Origin: an uncultured Acidimicrobiales bacterium
Lineage (GTDB): Bacteria; Actinomycetota; Acidimicrobiia; Acidimicrobiales; VFJN01
Direction: 5' to 3'
Assembly (NCBI GenBank): GCA_963796415.1
Contig: CAWCLR010000019.1
Coordinates: 84,928 to 148,927, forward strand
DNA: 64,000 nt
Shown in pieces: positions 29,199 to 38,839 of the stretch (its first letter is position 1; the number at the start of each line of letters is the position of its first letter). The notes below the pieces were generated by a model, which was given only the letters and a program-made list of their open reading frames with translations, was not told the origin of the DNA and searched no databases. The position numbers and the translations under genes are program-made.

Positions 29199-30586
29199 CT
29201 ACGCCTGCGGGTTGCGCTGCGCCCACCAGGTCAGGACCCGGCGTTCGGCCTCGGCCTCGCCCAGCGGTCCCTCGTCGAGCCGGGCCTCGAGAAGCAGGTC
29301 GAGCGCCTCGCCCACGGCGCGACCGGGGCCGATCCCCAGCACCTCCATCACCCGGTTGCCGTCGATGTCGGGCCGGATGGCGTCGAGCGCCTCGCGCTCG
29401 CGCAGCTCGGCGATGCGCTCCTCGAGCGTGTCCATCCGCGCCGCCAGCAGGCGCGCCTTGCGCTCGTTGCGCGTCGTGCAGTCGCAGCGCGTCAGCTCGT
29501 TGAGCTCCTCCAGCAAGGGGCCCGCGTCGCGGGCGTAGCGGCGCACGGCGGAGTCGCTCCAGACGTCGTCGCGGTAGCCGTGGAAGCGCAGGTGGAGGAA
29601 CACCAGGCGCCGGACGTCGTCGATCACGTCGCGCGAGTAGCGCAGCGCGCGCAGGCGGTCGGCGGCCATGCGCGCCCCGACGACCTCGTGGTGGTGGAAG
29701 CTCACGCCCTTGGGGCCGATCGAGCGGGTCTTCGGCTTGCCGACGTCGTGCAGCAGGGCCGACAGCCGCAGCACGAGGCGGGGCGAGGTCTTGGCCACCA
29801 CGGCGATCGTGTGGGCGAGCACGTCCTTGTGCCGGTGGATGGGGTCCTGTTCGAGGCGCATCGCCCGCAGTTCGGGCAGGAACCCGTCGGACAGGCCGGT
29901 GTCGGCGAGGAACCACAGGCCCGCGCTGGGATCGTCGAGGACGAGCAGCTTCGACAGCTCGTCGCGGATGCGCTCGGCGGACACGATCTCCAACCGCCCC
30001 CGCATCGACTCAACGGCGGCGACCAGCGCCTGGTCGGGCGTGAGGCTGTAGCCCGCGATGAAGCGCGCGGCCCGGATCATGCGCAGCGGGTCGTCGGAGA
30101 ACGACACCTCGGGGGCGAGCGGCGTGCGCAGCCGCCCGCCCGCCAGGTCGGCGACGCCGCCGTAGGGATCGACCAGCTCGGCATCGGGCAACCGCAGCGC
30201 CATGGCGTTGACCGTGAAGTCCCGCCGGGACAGGTCCTCGGTCACGTCGTCGGCGTACACGACGTGGGGCTTGCGCGAGTCCTCGCGATAGGCCTCGGCC
30301 CGATGGGTCGTGATCTCGAAGATCGTGTCGCCGCGACGGGCGCCGATCGTGCCGAACGCCTGCCCCTGGGTCCACACCGCGTCCGCCCAGCCGGACACGA
30401 TCGCCATCGTCTGCTCGGGCCGGGCGTCGGTGGTCAGGTCGAGGTCGGCCCCGGCGCGCACCCGCCCGAGCACGAGGTCGCGGACGATCCCCCCGACGAG
30501 GTACACGGCATGACCCGCGCTCGACGAACCGCTCGGCGAGAGGCCGGACGTCGTCGAGCACCGGCTGCAGCCGCTCGGGGATCACC
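29199..30586 (-). CDS. CCA-adding enzyme / poly(A) polymerase family nucleotidyltransferase with HD domain (PcnA-like); frame disrupted near 30512
   Basis: Contains YLVGGIVRD...DLDLTT...RDFTVNAM and HD motif LLHDVGKP. The N-terminal 25 aa (VIPERLQPVLDDVRPLAERFVERG) lie in another frame from the GTG at 30586. Confidence 0.85.
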
Positions 30587-30640
30587 GGCGCAGGGTACCG
30601 ACCGCTCGGCGCCCGCCCGAACCGGTTGCCAGCCGCCCCA

Positions 30641-32032
30641 TCACGTCCCGGAGGACGGGATGCCCGGGAGCGGCTCGGGCACCGCCTCCACGTCGAGGGG
30701 CCCGAGGTTGGCCAGCACGATCCGGAGGTCGGCGACCGACAGGTCGGTCGAGAACATGACGACGGTGTCGCCCGACGACACCACGCCCCAGCGCGTGCCG
30801 TCGGGCTCGTCGGCCACGGCCCCCGAGAACCCGGGGACGTCGAGGGCCTCGCCCTCGGGCGGCTCGATGCACCCGCCACCCATCACGTCGATCCAGAGGA
30901 ACTGGCCGACGGGGTCGTCGAGGTTCGTGTAGTCGACCGTGGCACTGGGGCACCCGCCGCTGGCGGGGTCGGGTGTCACATACGCCCCCGCCATGACCCA
31001 CCCCTCGGGGATGCGCGACAACCCGAGGGGCGCAGGGCCCTCGAACGCCGCGAGGTCCTGCTCGTTCACCCATGGCGTGGCGTCCAGTTCGGCGGCGCTC
31101 GGCGGCGCCACCTCGACGTCGCCGCCGATCCGGACGATGTCGTAGGAGGCCTCGACGATCGTGTCGGTGGCGGACAGGACGAGCTCGACGCGGCGCGGGG
31201 CCCCGTCGTCGCCGAGCGTCGCCTCGAGGTCGACGTCGATGAGGGTCAGGTCCGGCCCGAGGGCGTTGATCAGGCGCGGCGGGACGCCGGCCGAGATCAC
31301 GCGGTTGCCCTCGCCGTCCTCCCCCTCGTCATGCGGGTCGGTCGCCGCCTCCAACCACGCCGGCAGCAGGGACAGCGCGAGCTCGCCGGAGGCGCCGCCC
31401 TCCACCTCGGCCCACGGCCGGGCCTCGAGCTGGTCGGGGTAGGCGGTGTCGCGCAGCCAGGTCTGCTCCGCAACGTCGGACCCGATGGTGATGTGCTCGT
31501 AGGTGACGCCGTCCGATCCGGTGACGCGCTGGCGGACCGCGTCGGGCAGCACGACGTCGCCGCTCATGTCCCGGTCGACGACGATCGAGTCGTCGAGCGT
31601 GGACGGGTCCGGGCCCTCGAGGTGGCTCGTCGCCTCGTACGAGAACGTGCCCGCGTCGGTCAGCGCCCGGCCCGCGGTGGCCAGCGCGTCGGCGAGCTCC
31701 TCGTCCTGGGCGGACCCGTCGTCGCCCGCGTCGGCGGCCACGCCGGGGCTGTCACCATCGTCGTCCCCGCTCGTGAGCGCGACGACGGCCCCGACGGCTA
31801 CGGCCAGCGCCGCCACGACACCGGCGGCCGCCAGCCCACGGCGCGACCGGTGGGGCGGCGGCGCCATCGGCGGGCCGATCGGCTGCGGGAACCCGGACAC
31901 CGGAGGAGGAGGCGGAGGAGGCGGGGGCGGAGGAGGAGGCGGCGGCGCGCCGACCCACCGTCCGTCGTCGGAGGGGAACCTCGGCGGCTGCGTCCCGTCG
32001 CCCACGCCGGCAGTGTCCCACGCGGGCCGCAT
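30641..32032 (-). CDS. Membrane-anchored extracytoplasmic protein with N-terminal proline-rich region, function unknown
   Basis: ATG at 32032. A run of 15 Pro codons (31901-31945). One TM (LAAAGVVAALAVAVGAVVAL) and an acidic ectodomain. No family recognised. Confidence 0.55.
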   Translation of the reverse strand: MRPAWDTAGVGDGTQPPRFPSDDGRWVGAPPPPPPPPPPPPPPPVSGFPQPIGPPMAPPPHRSRRGLAAAGVVAALAVAVGAVVALTSGDDDGDSPGVAADAGDDGSAQDEELADALATAGRALTDAGTFSYEATSHLEGPDPSTLDDSIVVDRDMSGDVVLPDAVRQRVTGSDGVTYEHITIGSDVAEQTWLRDTAYPDQLEARPWAEVEGGASGELALSLLPAWLEAATDPHDEGEDGEGNRVISAGVPPRLINALGPDLTLIDVDLEATLGDDGAPRRVELVLSATDTIVEASYDIVRIGGDVEVAPPSAAELDATPWVNEQDLAAFEGPAPLGLSRIPEGWVMAGAYVTPDPASGGCPSATVDYTNLDDPVGQFLWIDVMGGGCIEPPEGEALDVPGFSGAVADEPDGTRWGVVSSGDTVVMFSTDLSVADLRIVLANLGPLDVEAVPEPLPGIPSSGT

Positions 32033-32067
32033 GGTGCCGCCATCAGGCACGGCCCCCGATTCCCAGG

Positions 32068-33159
32068 TCAGTCGTCCCCCTCGGCCGCCAGTCCGAAGCT
32101 GGGCCGGATCGTGGGCGGGCCGCTGAGCCGGACGCCCGCGTGCCCGTCGTCGACCAGGGCCCGCTGGTGGGCGAGATGCGCGGCGGCCACGACGTCGCGT
32201 CCCGGGCCGCCGCCCGACGGCGCCTCGACGTGGACCCGCTCGCCGGCGAGCGCCCCGAGGGCGGCGGCCGTCGAGTCGCGCAGCGCGTCGAGGTCGTAGC
32301 CACCCTCGAGGAACGCCACGCACCGCCCCGGCGGCACGAGCGCGACGAGATCGGCGGTGATGTCGGCGAAGTCGCCCGCCGTCAGCCCCAGCCCCGTCAG
32401 CGGATCGGCCCGGTGGGCGTCGAACCCCGCCGAGATCAGCAGCCACGTGATGCCGATCTCGTCGACGAGCGGGCTCACCACGTCGGTGACCGCCGCCCGG
32501 TAGATGTCGCCCGTGGCGCCGTGGGGCACCGGGACGTTCACGGTGCGACCCTGACCGTCCCCCCACCCCGTCTCGAGCAGCGCCCCCGTGCCCGGGTAGA
32601 GCGGATGCTCGTGGAACGACACGTACGTGACCCGAGCGTCGTCGTAGAACGTGTCCTGCGTCCCGTTGCCGTGATGGGCGTCGTAGTCGACGATCAGCAC
32701 CCGCTCGCCCGCGTCGGCGAGGGCCGCGCCGGCCACCGCCACGTTGTTGAACAGGCAGAACCCCATCGCCTGGGCGGACAGGGCGTGGTGGCCGGGCGGG
32801 CGCACCGCGCAGAACGCGGCAGTGGCGTCACCCCGCCGCAGCGCGTCGACAGCCGTGAGCCCCGACCCCGCGGCCCGCACCGCAGCGTCCCACGAGGCCG
32901 GCACCGCCGTCGTGTCGGCGTCGAGCCGGCCGCCGCCGGTACGACAGAACCGTTCGAGCGCGGCGACGTACGTCGGCGTGTGGACCCGCTCGATGGCGGC
33001 CGTCGTCGCCGGCTCGGCTGCCATCCGCACCAGCTCGTCGTCGAGGCCGGCGCGGCGGGCCCCCTCCTCGACCGCGGCGAGCCGGGCCGGGCGCTCGGGG
33101 TGCCCGATGCCGGTCTCGTGGTCGAGGAAGTGGGGGTGCGTGACGTAGAGAACGGTCAT
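32068..33159 (-). CDS. Histone deacetylase-family (class II HDAC/AcuC-like) deacetylase
   Basis: Contains RPPGHHA, DYDAHHGNGTQ, GFDAH and EGGY motifs. Confidence 0.9.
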   Translation of the reverse strand: MTVLYVTHPHFLDHETGIGHPERPARLAAVEEGARRAGLDDELVRMAAEPATTAAIERVHTPTYVAALERFCRTGGGRLDADTTAVPASWDAAVRAAGSGLTAVDALRRGDATAAFCAVRPPGHHALSAQAMGFCLFNNVAVAGAALADAGERVLIVDYDAHHGNGTQDTFYDDARVTYVSFHEHPLYPGTGALLETGWGDGQGRTVNVPVPHGATGDIYRAAVTDVVSPLVDEIGITWLLISAGFDAHRADPLTGLGLTAGDFADITADLVALVPPGRCVAFLEGGYDLDALRDSTAAALGALAGERVHVEAPSGGGPGRDVVAAAHLAHQRALVDDGHAGVRLSGPPTIRPSFGLAAEGDD

Positions 33160-33246
33160 CCGTCACAGACGGTAACGGCACGGACCCTGGGTGCGTGCTC
33201 GGCCCGGCACCGACCGAGGTGGCCCCGTTGCCTACTCTCGTAGGCA

Positions 33247-34017
33247 ATGACCGTGAGTGCGCCCGTCAGCGTCGGCTCGCGGCTGCGCGTGCGGCCGTGG
33301 CAGGCCGACGCCCGCGTCGCGCACCTCGCTCCCGCGGCCGACCACCTCGGGCCCCTGACGGCGACCGACGTCGAGCACGCGGTCGACCGCCTGCGCCAGC
33401 AGGGCTACCGATCCGTGATCACCGCGGCGCTCCACCGGGCCGACCGGCGCCCGTTCACCGAGGCCGGCTTCGCCGAGACCGAGCGCCTCCACCTGCTCCG
33501 CCACGACCTGGACACGGTGGTCCCGACGCCGCCGCTGGCGGGCATCGAGCTGCGGCGGGGCCGGCGACGCGAGCAGGAGGCGGCGCTCGACGTCGACCGC
33601 GCCGCCTTCACGCCGTTCTGGCGCCTCGACCGGGCCGGCCTGACCGAGGCGCTGACCGCCACGACGATGGTCCACTTCCAGGTCGCCCGCGACGAGCGCG
33701 GGGTTGTCGGCTACTCGGTGTGTGGGCGAGCCGGCCACCGCGGCTACGTCCAGCGCCTGGCCGTCACGCCCCGCTGCCAGGGGCGGGGCGTCGGGGCCGC
33801 CCTGCTCGGTGACGGGCTGCGGTGGTTGCGCCGGTGGGGCGCCCGCGACGCCCTGGTCAACACCCAGGAGGACAACCGTCGGTCGCTGCGCCTCTACCAG
33901 CGCACCGGCTTCGTGCTGCAGCCCGACGGCCTGTCCGTCCTCGAGCTCGTGCTGGGCAGCCCGACCACCGTGCCGCCGGGCCCGGCGACGCCGGCCCGCC
34001 CCGAGGGCCGGCCGTGA
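33247..34017 (+). CDS. GNAT-family N-acetyltransferase
   Basis: Acetyl-CoA motif VQRLAVTPRCQGRGVGAALL, plus NTQEDNRRSLRLYQRTGF. Confidence 0.85.
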   Translation: MTVSAPVSVGSRLRVRPWQADARVAHLAPAADHLGPLTATDVEHAVDRLRQQGYRSVITAALHRADRRPFTEAGFAETERLHLLRHDLDTVVPTPPLAGIELRRGRRREQEAALDVDRAAFTPFWRLDRAGLTEALTATTMVHFQVARDERGVVGYSVCGRAGHRGYVQRLAVTPRCQGRGVGAALLGDGLRWLRRWGARDALVNTQEDNRRSLRLYQRTGFVLQPDGLSVLELVLGSPTTVPPGPATPARPEGRP

Positions 34018-36242
34018 CCCGGCGGCGAGTGCGGCTCGCCGGCCTCGTCGGACTCGCCGTCCTCTGGCTGTTGTGGTCGGGCGGCGCGCCCGCCGGTGCG
34101 CGCCCGTCGGGGCTCGCGCATGGTCCCGTCGAGGCCGCGACCCAGTCTGCGCCGTCGCTCGAACTCGTCCGGCAGACCACCTGGGTCCACCCGGGCGAGG
34201 CCTACACCGTCGACGTCCGCGTCACCGGGGCCCCGGCCGGCGCCACGCTCGACCTCGTCGTGCACGATCTGCTCGGGTCGCGCGCCGAGTTCCGCGAGAC
34301 GCTCGACGGCGAGCTGGGTGGCACCGAGCACGCCGTGGCGCCGCAGGCGCTCGACGCACTGACGACGTCGCCCGGCGTCGCCCAGATCGGGTTCACCCCC
34401 GGCCCCGGGGGCGTGAGCCTGCCCAGCCGCGGGGTCTATCCCGTCGAGCTCCGCCTGCGGTCCGGCGGCCAGACCGTGGCGAGCACCGTCACCTACCTCA
34501 CGTACCTGACGCCGGGCGACTTCCCGCCACTCGAGGTCGGGGTCGTCGTCGAGATCGCGGCCCCGCCGGCCCTGCAGCCCGACGGTGCCACCGAGCTGTC
34601 CCCCGAGTCGTCCACCCGCGCCCGGGAGCGCGTCGAGGCGGTCGAGGCCGCCGGCACCACCCCCCTGACGCTCGCGCCGCTCCCCGAGACCGTCGAGGGC
34701 CTCGCCGACGCGGGCGGCGCGGACGCCGCGCTCGTCGACCGGCTGCGCCAGCTGGCGGCGACCCGGCAGGTGCTGGCCCGCCCGTTCGTCGACATCGACC
34801 TCGCCTCGCTGCAGGACGCCCGGCTCGAGTCCGAGGCGTACGCGCAGTCCGACGCCGGGGCGAACGTGGCGCGGTCCCGCCTCGCGGTCGAGCCCGCCGG
34901 GGGCGTGTGGCTGTCGGGTGCCACGTGGAGTCCCGAGGCGGCGCGATGGGCCGTCGAGATCGCGTTCGACCGGGCCATCGTCCCCGCGACCGCGGTGGGC
35001 GACGGCGACGGCGAGGACATCCCGACCACCCCCGTTCGCCTGGGGGACGACGGCCCGCTCGCGGTCGTCACCGACCCCGACCTGGCCGACCACCTGACGA
35101 GCGACGACGGCATGGTGGCCGCGCACCGCTTCATCGCAGAGCTGACGACCGCGTGGCTGGAGAGGCCGTCCGACCCGCGGGCCATGGTCGTGCAGATCCC
35201 CCCCGACGCCGACATCGACCCCGAGGTCGTCGGGACCGCGCTCGCCGCGCTCAACGACGGGCAGGCGGTACAGGGCGTCCCGGTGACGCAGATCTTCACC
35301 GACGTGCCCCCGGCCGACGACGGGACGGCCAGCGTCGACCTCGCCCCCGCCGAGCGCGGCCCCGACCTCCGCTCGCTGGCCCCACGCGTCGAGTCGGTGC
35401 GGGGCCGGATCAGCGGCGTCGCCGGCCTGCTGGACGACCCGAGCGTCCAGACGTCGCTGGACCACGCACTGTTCATGAGCACCGGGGTCGCCACGCCCGA
35501 CGCCGACCGGGCGGCCTACGTCGATTGGGTGGAGGCCGAGCTGCAGACGGTGACGGGGGCGGTGTCCCTCCCCGACGAGTTCCGGATCACGCTCACCGCG
35601 CGGTCGAGCACGATCCCCGTCACCCTCACGAACAACACCGAGCAGGATCTCCAGGTGCGGGTCGAGCTGGACAGCGACCAGCTCGAGTTCCCCGACGGAG
35701 ACGTGCTCACCCCGACGCTGCCACCCGGCACGACCCGCCTCGAGGTGCGTGTCCGCGCCCGCACGTCCGGCGCCTTCACCCTCGACGTGACGGTGTCGAG
35801 CCCCGACGACACGCTCGTCCTCGACCGCTCGACCTTCGACATCCGGTCGACCGCCATCTCGGGCGTGGGTCTCCTCCTGTCGGTCGGCGCCGGCCTGTTC
35901 CTGGCGATCTGGTGGGGGCGGAACTGGCGCCGCACCAGCCGGGCCCGCCGCAAGGACGGGGCCGAGCCTCCGCCGCCCGCGGGCGTCGGCCTCGACTCGG
36001 CGCCGTCCCCGGCCCGGACCGCGGCCGACCGCACCACGTCGAGCATCGCCCCGTGGGCGGCGCGGCCTGTGGCTCCCACGCCTCCTCCACCCCCTCTCGC
36101 ACCACCGGGCGCACCCCCCGAGCCGGCGCCACCTCGGGGTCCGACGGCCCAGGACGGGGAGGGGCAATCGGGCCGGGACGAGCCGTACCGTCCCGCCCAC
36201 ATGGCCCGCTCGCGGAGCCGCAGCAGCACGCGCGGCTCCTGA
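34014..36242 (+). CDS. Large secreted/membrane-anchored DUF6049-like protein (Rv3909-like position)
   Basis: GTG at 34014 overlaps the GNAT stop (GTGA). Signal-like N-terminus, ~700-aa ectodomain, C-terminal TM (GVGLLLSVGAGLFLAIWW) and a Pro-rich tail. Assignment rests mainly on size, topology and synteny. Confidence 0.6.
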   Translation: MTRRRVRLAGLVGLAVLWLLWSGGAPAGARPSGLAHGPVEAATQSAPSLELVRQTTWVHPGEAYTVDVRVTGAPAGATLDLVVHDLLGSRAEFRETLDGELGGTEHAVAPQALDALTTSPGVAQIGFTPGPGGVSLPSRGVYPVELRLRSGGQTVASTVTYLTYLTPGDFPPLEVGVVVEIAAPPALQPDGATELSPESSTRARERVEAVEAAGTTPLTLAPLPETVEGLADAGGADAALVDRLRQLAATRQVLARPFVDIDLASLQDARLESEAYAQSDAGANVARSRLAVEPAGGVWLSGATWSPEAARWAVEIAFDRAIVPATAVGDGDGEDIPTTPVRLGDDGPLAVVTDPDLADHLTSDDGMVAAHRFIAELTTAWLERPSDPRAMVVQIPPDADIDPEVVGTALAALNDGQAVQGVPVTQIFTDVPPADDGTASVDLAPAERGPDLRSLAPRVESVRGRISGVAGLLDDPSVQTSLDHALFMSTGVATPDADRAAYVDWVEAELQTVTGAVSLPDEFRITLTARSSTIPVTLTNNTEQDLQVRVELDSDQLEFPDGDVLTPTLPPGTTRLEVRVRARTSGAFTLDVTVSSPDDTLVLDRSTFDIRSTAISGVGLLLSVGAGLFLAIWWGRNWRRTSRARRKDGAEPPPPAGVGLDSAPSPARTAADRTTSSIAPWAARPVAPTPPPPPLAPPGAPPEPAPPRGPTAQDGEGQSGRDEPYRPAHMARSRSRSSTRGS

Positions 36243-36304
36243 GCGCGGCTGCGGCGGTCGGCGCAGACCCACGCTGGTGCCGGGCGTCACTAGTGTCAGC
36301 GCCC

Positions 36305-37144
36305 ATGCCCGTCCGCATCGTGACCGACTCCGCCGCCGACCTGCCGACCGAAGAGGCGACCCGCCTCGGTGTCGAGGTGGTGCCGCTGTCCATCCGGTTC
36401 GGGGCCGAGGAGTTCACCGACGGCGTCGACCTGTCCGTCACCGAGTTCTACGAGAAGCTGGCGTCCTCGGACACGCTGCCCGAGACCTCGGCCCCCTCCC
36501 CCGGGGCGTTCGAGGCCGCGTACCGCCGCCAGGCCGAGGCGGGCGCCGACGCCGTCGTGTGCATCAACCTGTCCGAGGGCCTGTCGGCCACCATCCAGTC
36601 CGCCCGCAACGCGGCCACGGCCGTCGCCGGCGACCTCGACGTGCGCGTGATCGACTCCCGGTCGATCACGGCGGGCCTCGGCACCCAGGTGACCGTCGCC
36701 GCCGACGCCGCGGCCGACGGCGCGAGCGCCGACGAGGTGGTCGCTCTCGTCGAGGGCATGGTCCCCCGCACCCACGTGATCGGCGCCCTCGACACGCTCG
36801 AGAACCTCAAGAAGGGCGGGCGCATCGGCGGGGCCCAGGCCCTGCTCGGTTCGCTCCTGTCCATCAAGCCGCTTCTCGACATCTCGACGGGCGAGGTGGC
36901 CGAGGCCGGCAAGGCCCGCACGCGCCGCAAGGCACTCGAGTGGCTCCGCGACCAGCTCTTCGCCGTGCCCCAGGTCGAGCACCTCTGCGTCGCCCACGGG
37001 GGCGCCCCCGACGTCGACGACATGCTCGCCCTCCTCGCGCCGCGCTACCCCGAGGACACCATTCGGGTCACCACGATCGGTGCGACAATCGGCACGCATG
37101 GTGGTCCGCGCGTCATGGGACTGACGTGGGTCGATCCGGCATGA
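36305..37144 (+). CDS. DegV-family fatty-acid-binding protein
   Basis: Contains VRIVTDSAADLP...TSAPSPG...GLSATIQSA...GGRIG, the DegV signature. Confidence 0.9.
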   Translation: MPVRIVTDSAADLPTEEATRLGVEVVPLSIRFGAEEFTDGVDLSVTEFYEKLASSDTLPETSAPSPGAFEAAYRRQAEAGADAVVCINLSEGLSATIQSARNAATAVAGDLDVRVIDSRSITAGLGTQVTVAADAAADGASADEVVALVEGMVPRTHVIGALDTLENLKKGGRIGGAQALLGSLLSIKPLLDISTGEVAEAGKARTRRKALEWLRDQLFAVPQVEHLCVAHGGAPDVDDMLALLAPRYPEDTIRVTTIGATIGTHGGPRVMGLTWVDPA

Positions 37145-37210
37145 CGGGCATCGACGACCGGCGGCCCTGACCGCACGTCAGGGACCTCTGTTGACTACGG
37201 TGGGCGCACC

Positions 37211-38839
37211 GTGGCAGTGACGCCTCCCCCTTCCGGCCCATCGCAGGCCGCCGGCGTCTCCGCCGGCGCGCTTCTGGGCGCGCGCTACCGGCTCGACGAG
37301 CTGCTGGCGTCCGGCGGGATGGCGCAGGTCTGGCTCGGCACCGACGAAGTGTTGCGGCGCGCCATCGCGGTGAAGATCCTCCACCAGCACCTCGCCGCGG
37401 ACCAGACGTTCGTCACCCGCTTTCGCCACGAGGCCATCGCCGTCGCCCGGCTCTCGCACCCGTCGATCGTCAACGTCTACGACACGTGTAGCGACGACGG
37501 CGTCGAGGCCATCGTCATGGAACTCGTGCGGGGCGAGACGCTGCGCACCCGGCTCGACGACGGCCCGATGGACCCGTGGGTCGCCGCCAACATCGCCGCC
37601 CAGGTGGCGGGCGCACTGTCGGTCGCCCACGCCGCCGGGCTCGTCCACCGCGACATCAAGCCCGCCAACATCCTGCTGTCCGAAGACGGCCGCGTGAAGG
37701 TCGGCGACTTCGGCATCGCCAAGGCCGCCGAGTCGGCCGACCTCACCCAGGAGGGGTCGTTCCTCGGCACGGCCAAGTACCTGGCGCCCGAGCAGGTCGA
37801 GGCCAAGCCCGTCGACGGACGCACCGACCTCTACAGCCTGGGCGTCGTCCTCTACGAGATGTTGTGCGGCCGGGTGCCGTTCGAGGCCGACACCAGCTCG
37901 AGCACCGCGCTCGCCCGCCTCCACTCCGACCCGCCGCGGCCGCGCCTGGTCAAGGCCGGGGTGCCGCGCGAGCTCGAGGCGATCACGATGCGGTTGCTCG
38001 CCCGCGACCCGGCGGGCCGGTACCCGACCGCCACCGACGCCCGCGCCGCGCTGCTCGGTGCGGGGGCCGACGACCAGCCCACGGTCGGCCACGAGAGCGC
38101 CGGAGCGCGCACCGCCGCCGGCCGGCTGCCCCCTCCCCCGCCCCCGGGCGCACCCTCGGCCGCGACCTACTCCGCACCGCCCGCCGGCCCCGCAGGCGTG
38201 CGCTCGACGCCGCCGTCCGGCACGCCCGCCACGCGGTTCGCGGACAGCGAGCGGCGATGGCTCGTCCCCACCCTCGTGGTCGTCCTCGTCGCCGTAGCCC
38301 TCGGCGTGGCCGGGCTGCTCCTGCAGGGCCCCGGCGACGGCATCTTCGGCGGCGACGACGGCGACAACAACACACCCCCCGAGACCACGCCGACCGAGCA
38401 GACCACGGCCACCATCACGCGCTCGATCGACTTCGACCCCGGGGGCGACGGCGCGGAGCACCCCGAGGAGGCGGAGGCCGGCAACGCCTTCGACGGCGAC
38501 TCCTCGACGTCCTGGTCGAGTGAGTCGTACACGTCGCCCGACTGGGGTGGCCTCAAGCCCGGCGTCGGCCTGATCCTCGAGCTCGACGAGGCGGGCCCGA
38601 TCAGCGCCGTCGAGTTCGACACGCCCCTCTCGGGGTGGCAGGCCGAGGTCTACGTCGCCGGCTCGCCGCAAGACAGCCTCGACGCCTGGGGTGAGCCCGT
38701 CGGCACGTTCCCCTCCAGCGACAGCGGCACCAGCACCGTCGAGGTCGAGGCCGAGGGTGGCGCGGTGCTGCTCTGGTTCACGAAGGAGAGCAGCCAGGAC
38801 CTCCAAGTCACCGTCGACGAAGTCCGCATCCTGCGCTGA
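37211..38839 (+). CDS. Ser/Thr protein kinase with TM segment and C-terminal galactose-binding-like (F5/8 type C-like) ectodomain
   Basis: Contains AIAVKIL (Lys), HRDIKPANIL, DFGIAK and GTAKYLAPE. TM WLVPTLVVVLVAVALGVAGLLL. C-terminal AFDGDSSTSWSSESY... domain. Confidence 0.9.
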   Translation: MAVTPPPSGPSQAAGVSAGALLGARYRLDELLASGGMAQVWLGTDEVLRRAIAVKILHQHLAADQTFVTRFRHEAIAVARLSHPSIVNVYDTCSDDGVEAIVMELVRGETLRTRLDDGPMDPWVAANIAAQVAGALSVAHAAGLVHRDIKPANILLSEDGRVKVGDFGIAKAAESADLTQEGSFLGTAKYLAPEQVEAKPVDGRTDLYSLGVVLYEMLCGRVPFEADTSSSTALARLHSDPPRPRLVKAGVPRELEAITMRLLARDPAGRYPTATDARAALLGAGADDQPTVGHESAGARTAAGRLPPPPPPGAPSAATYSAPPAGPAGVRSTPPSGTPATRFADSERRWLVPTLVVVLVAVALGVAGLLLQGPGDGIFGGDDGDNNTPPETTPTEQTTATITRSIDFDPGGDGAEHPEEAEAGNAFDGDSSTSWSSESYTSPDWGGLKPGVGLILELDEAGPISAVEFDTPLSGWQAEVYVAGSPQDSLDAWGEPVGTFPSSDSGTSTVEVEAEGGAVLLWFTKESSQDLQVTVDEVRILR

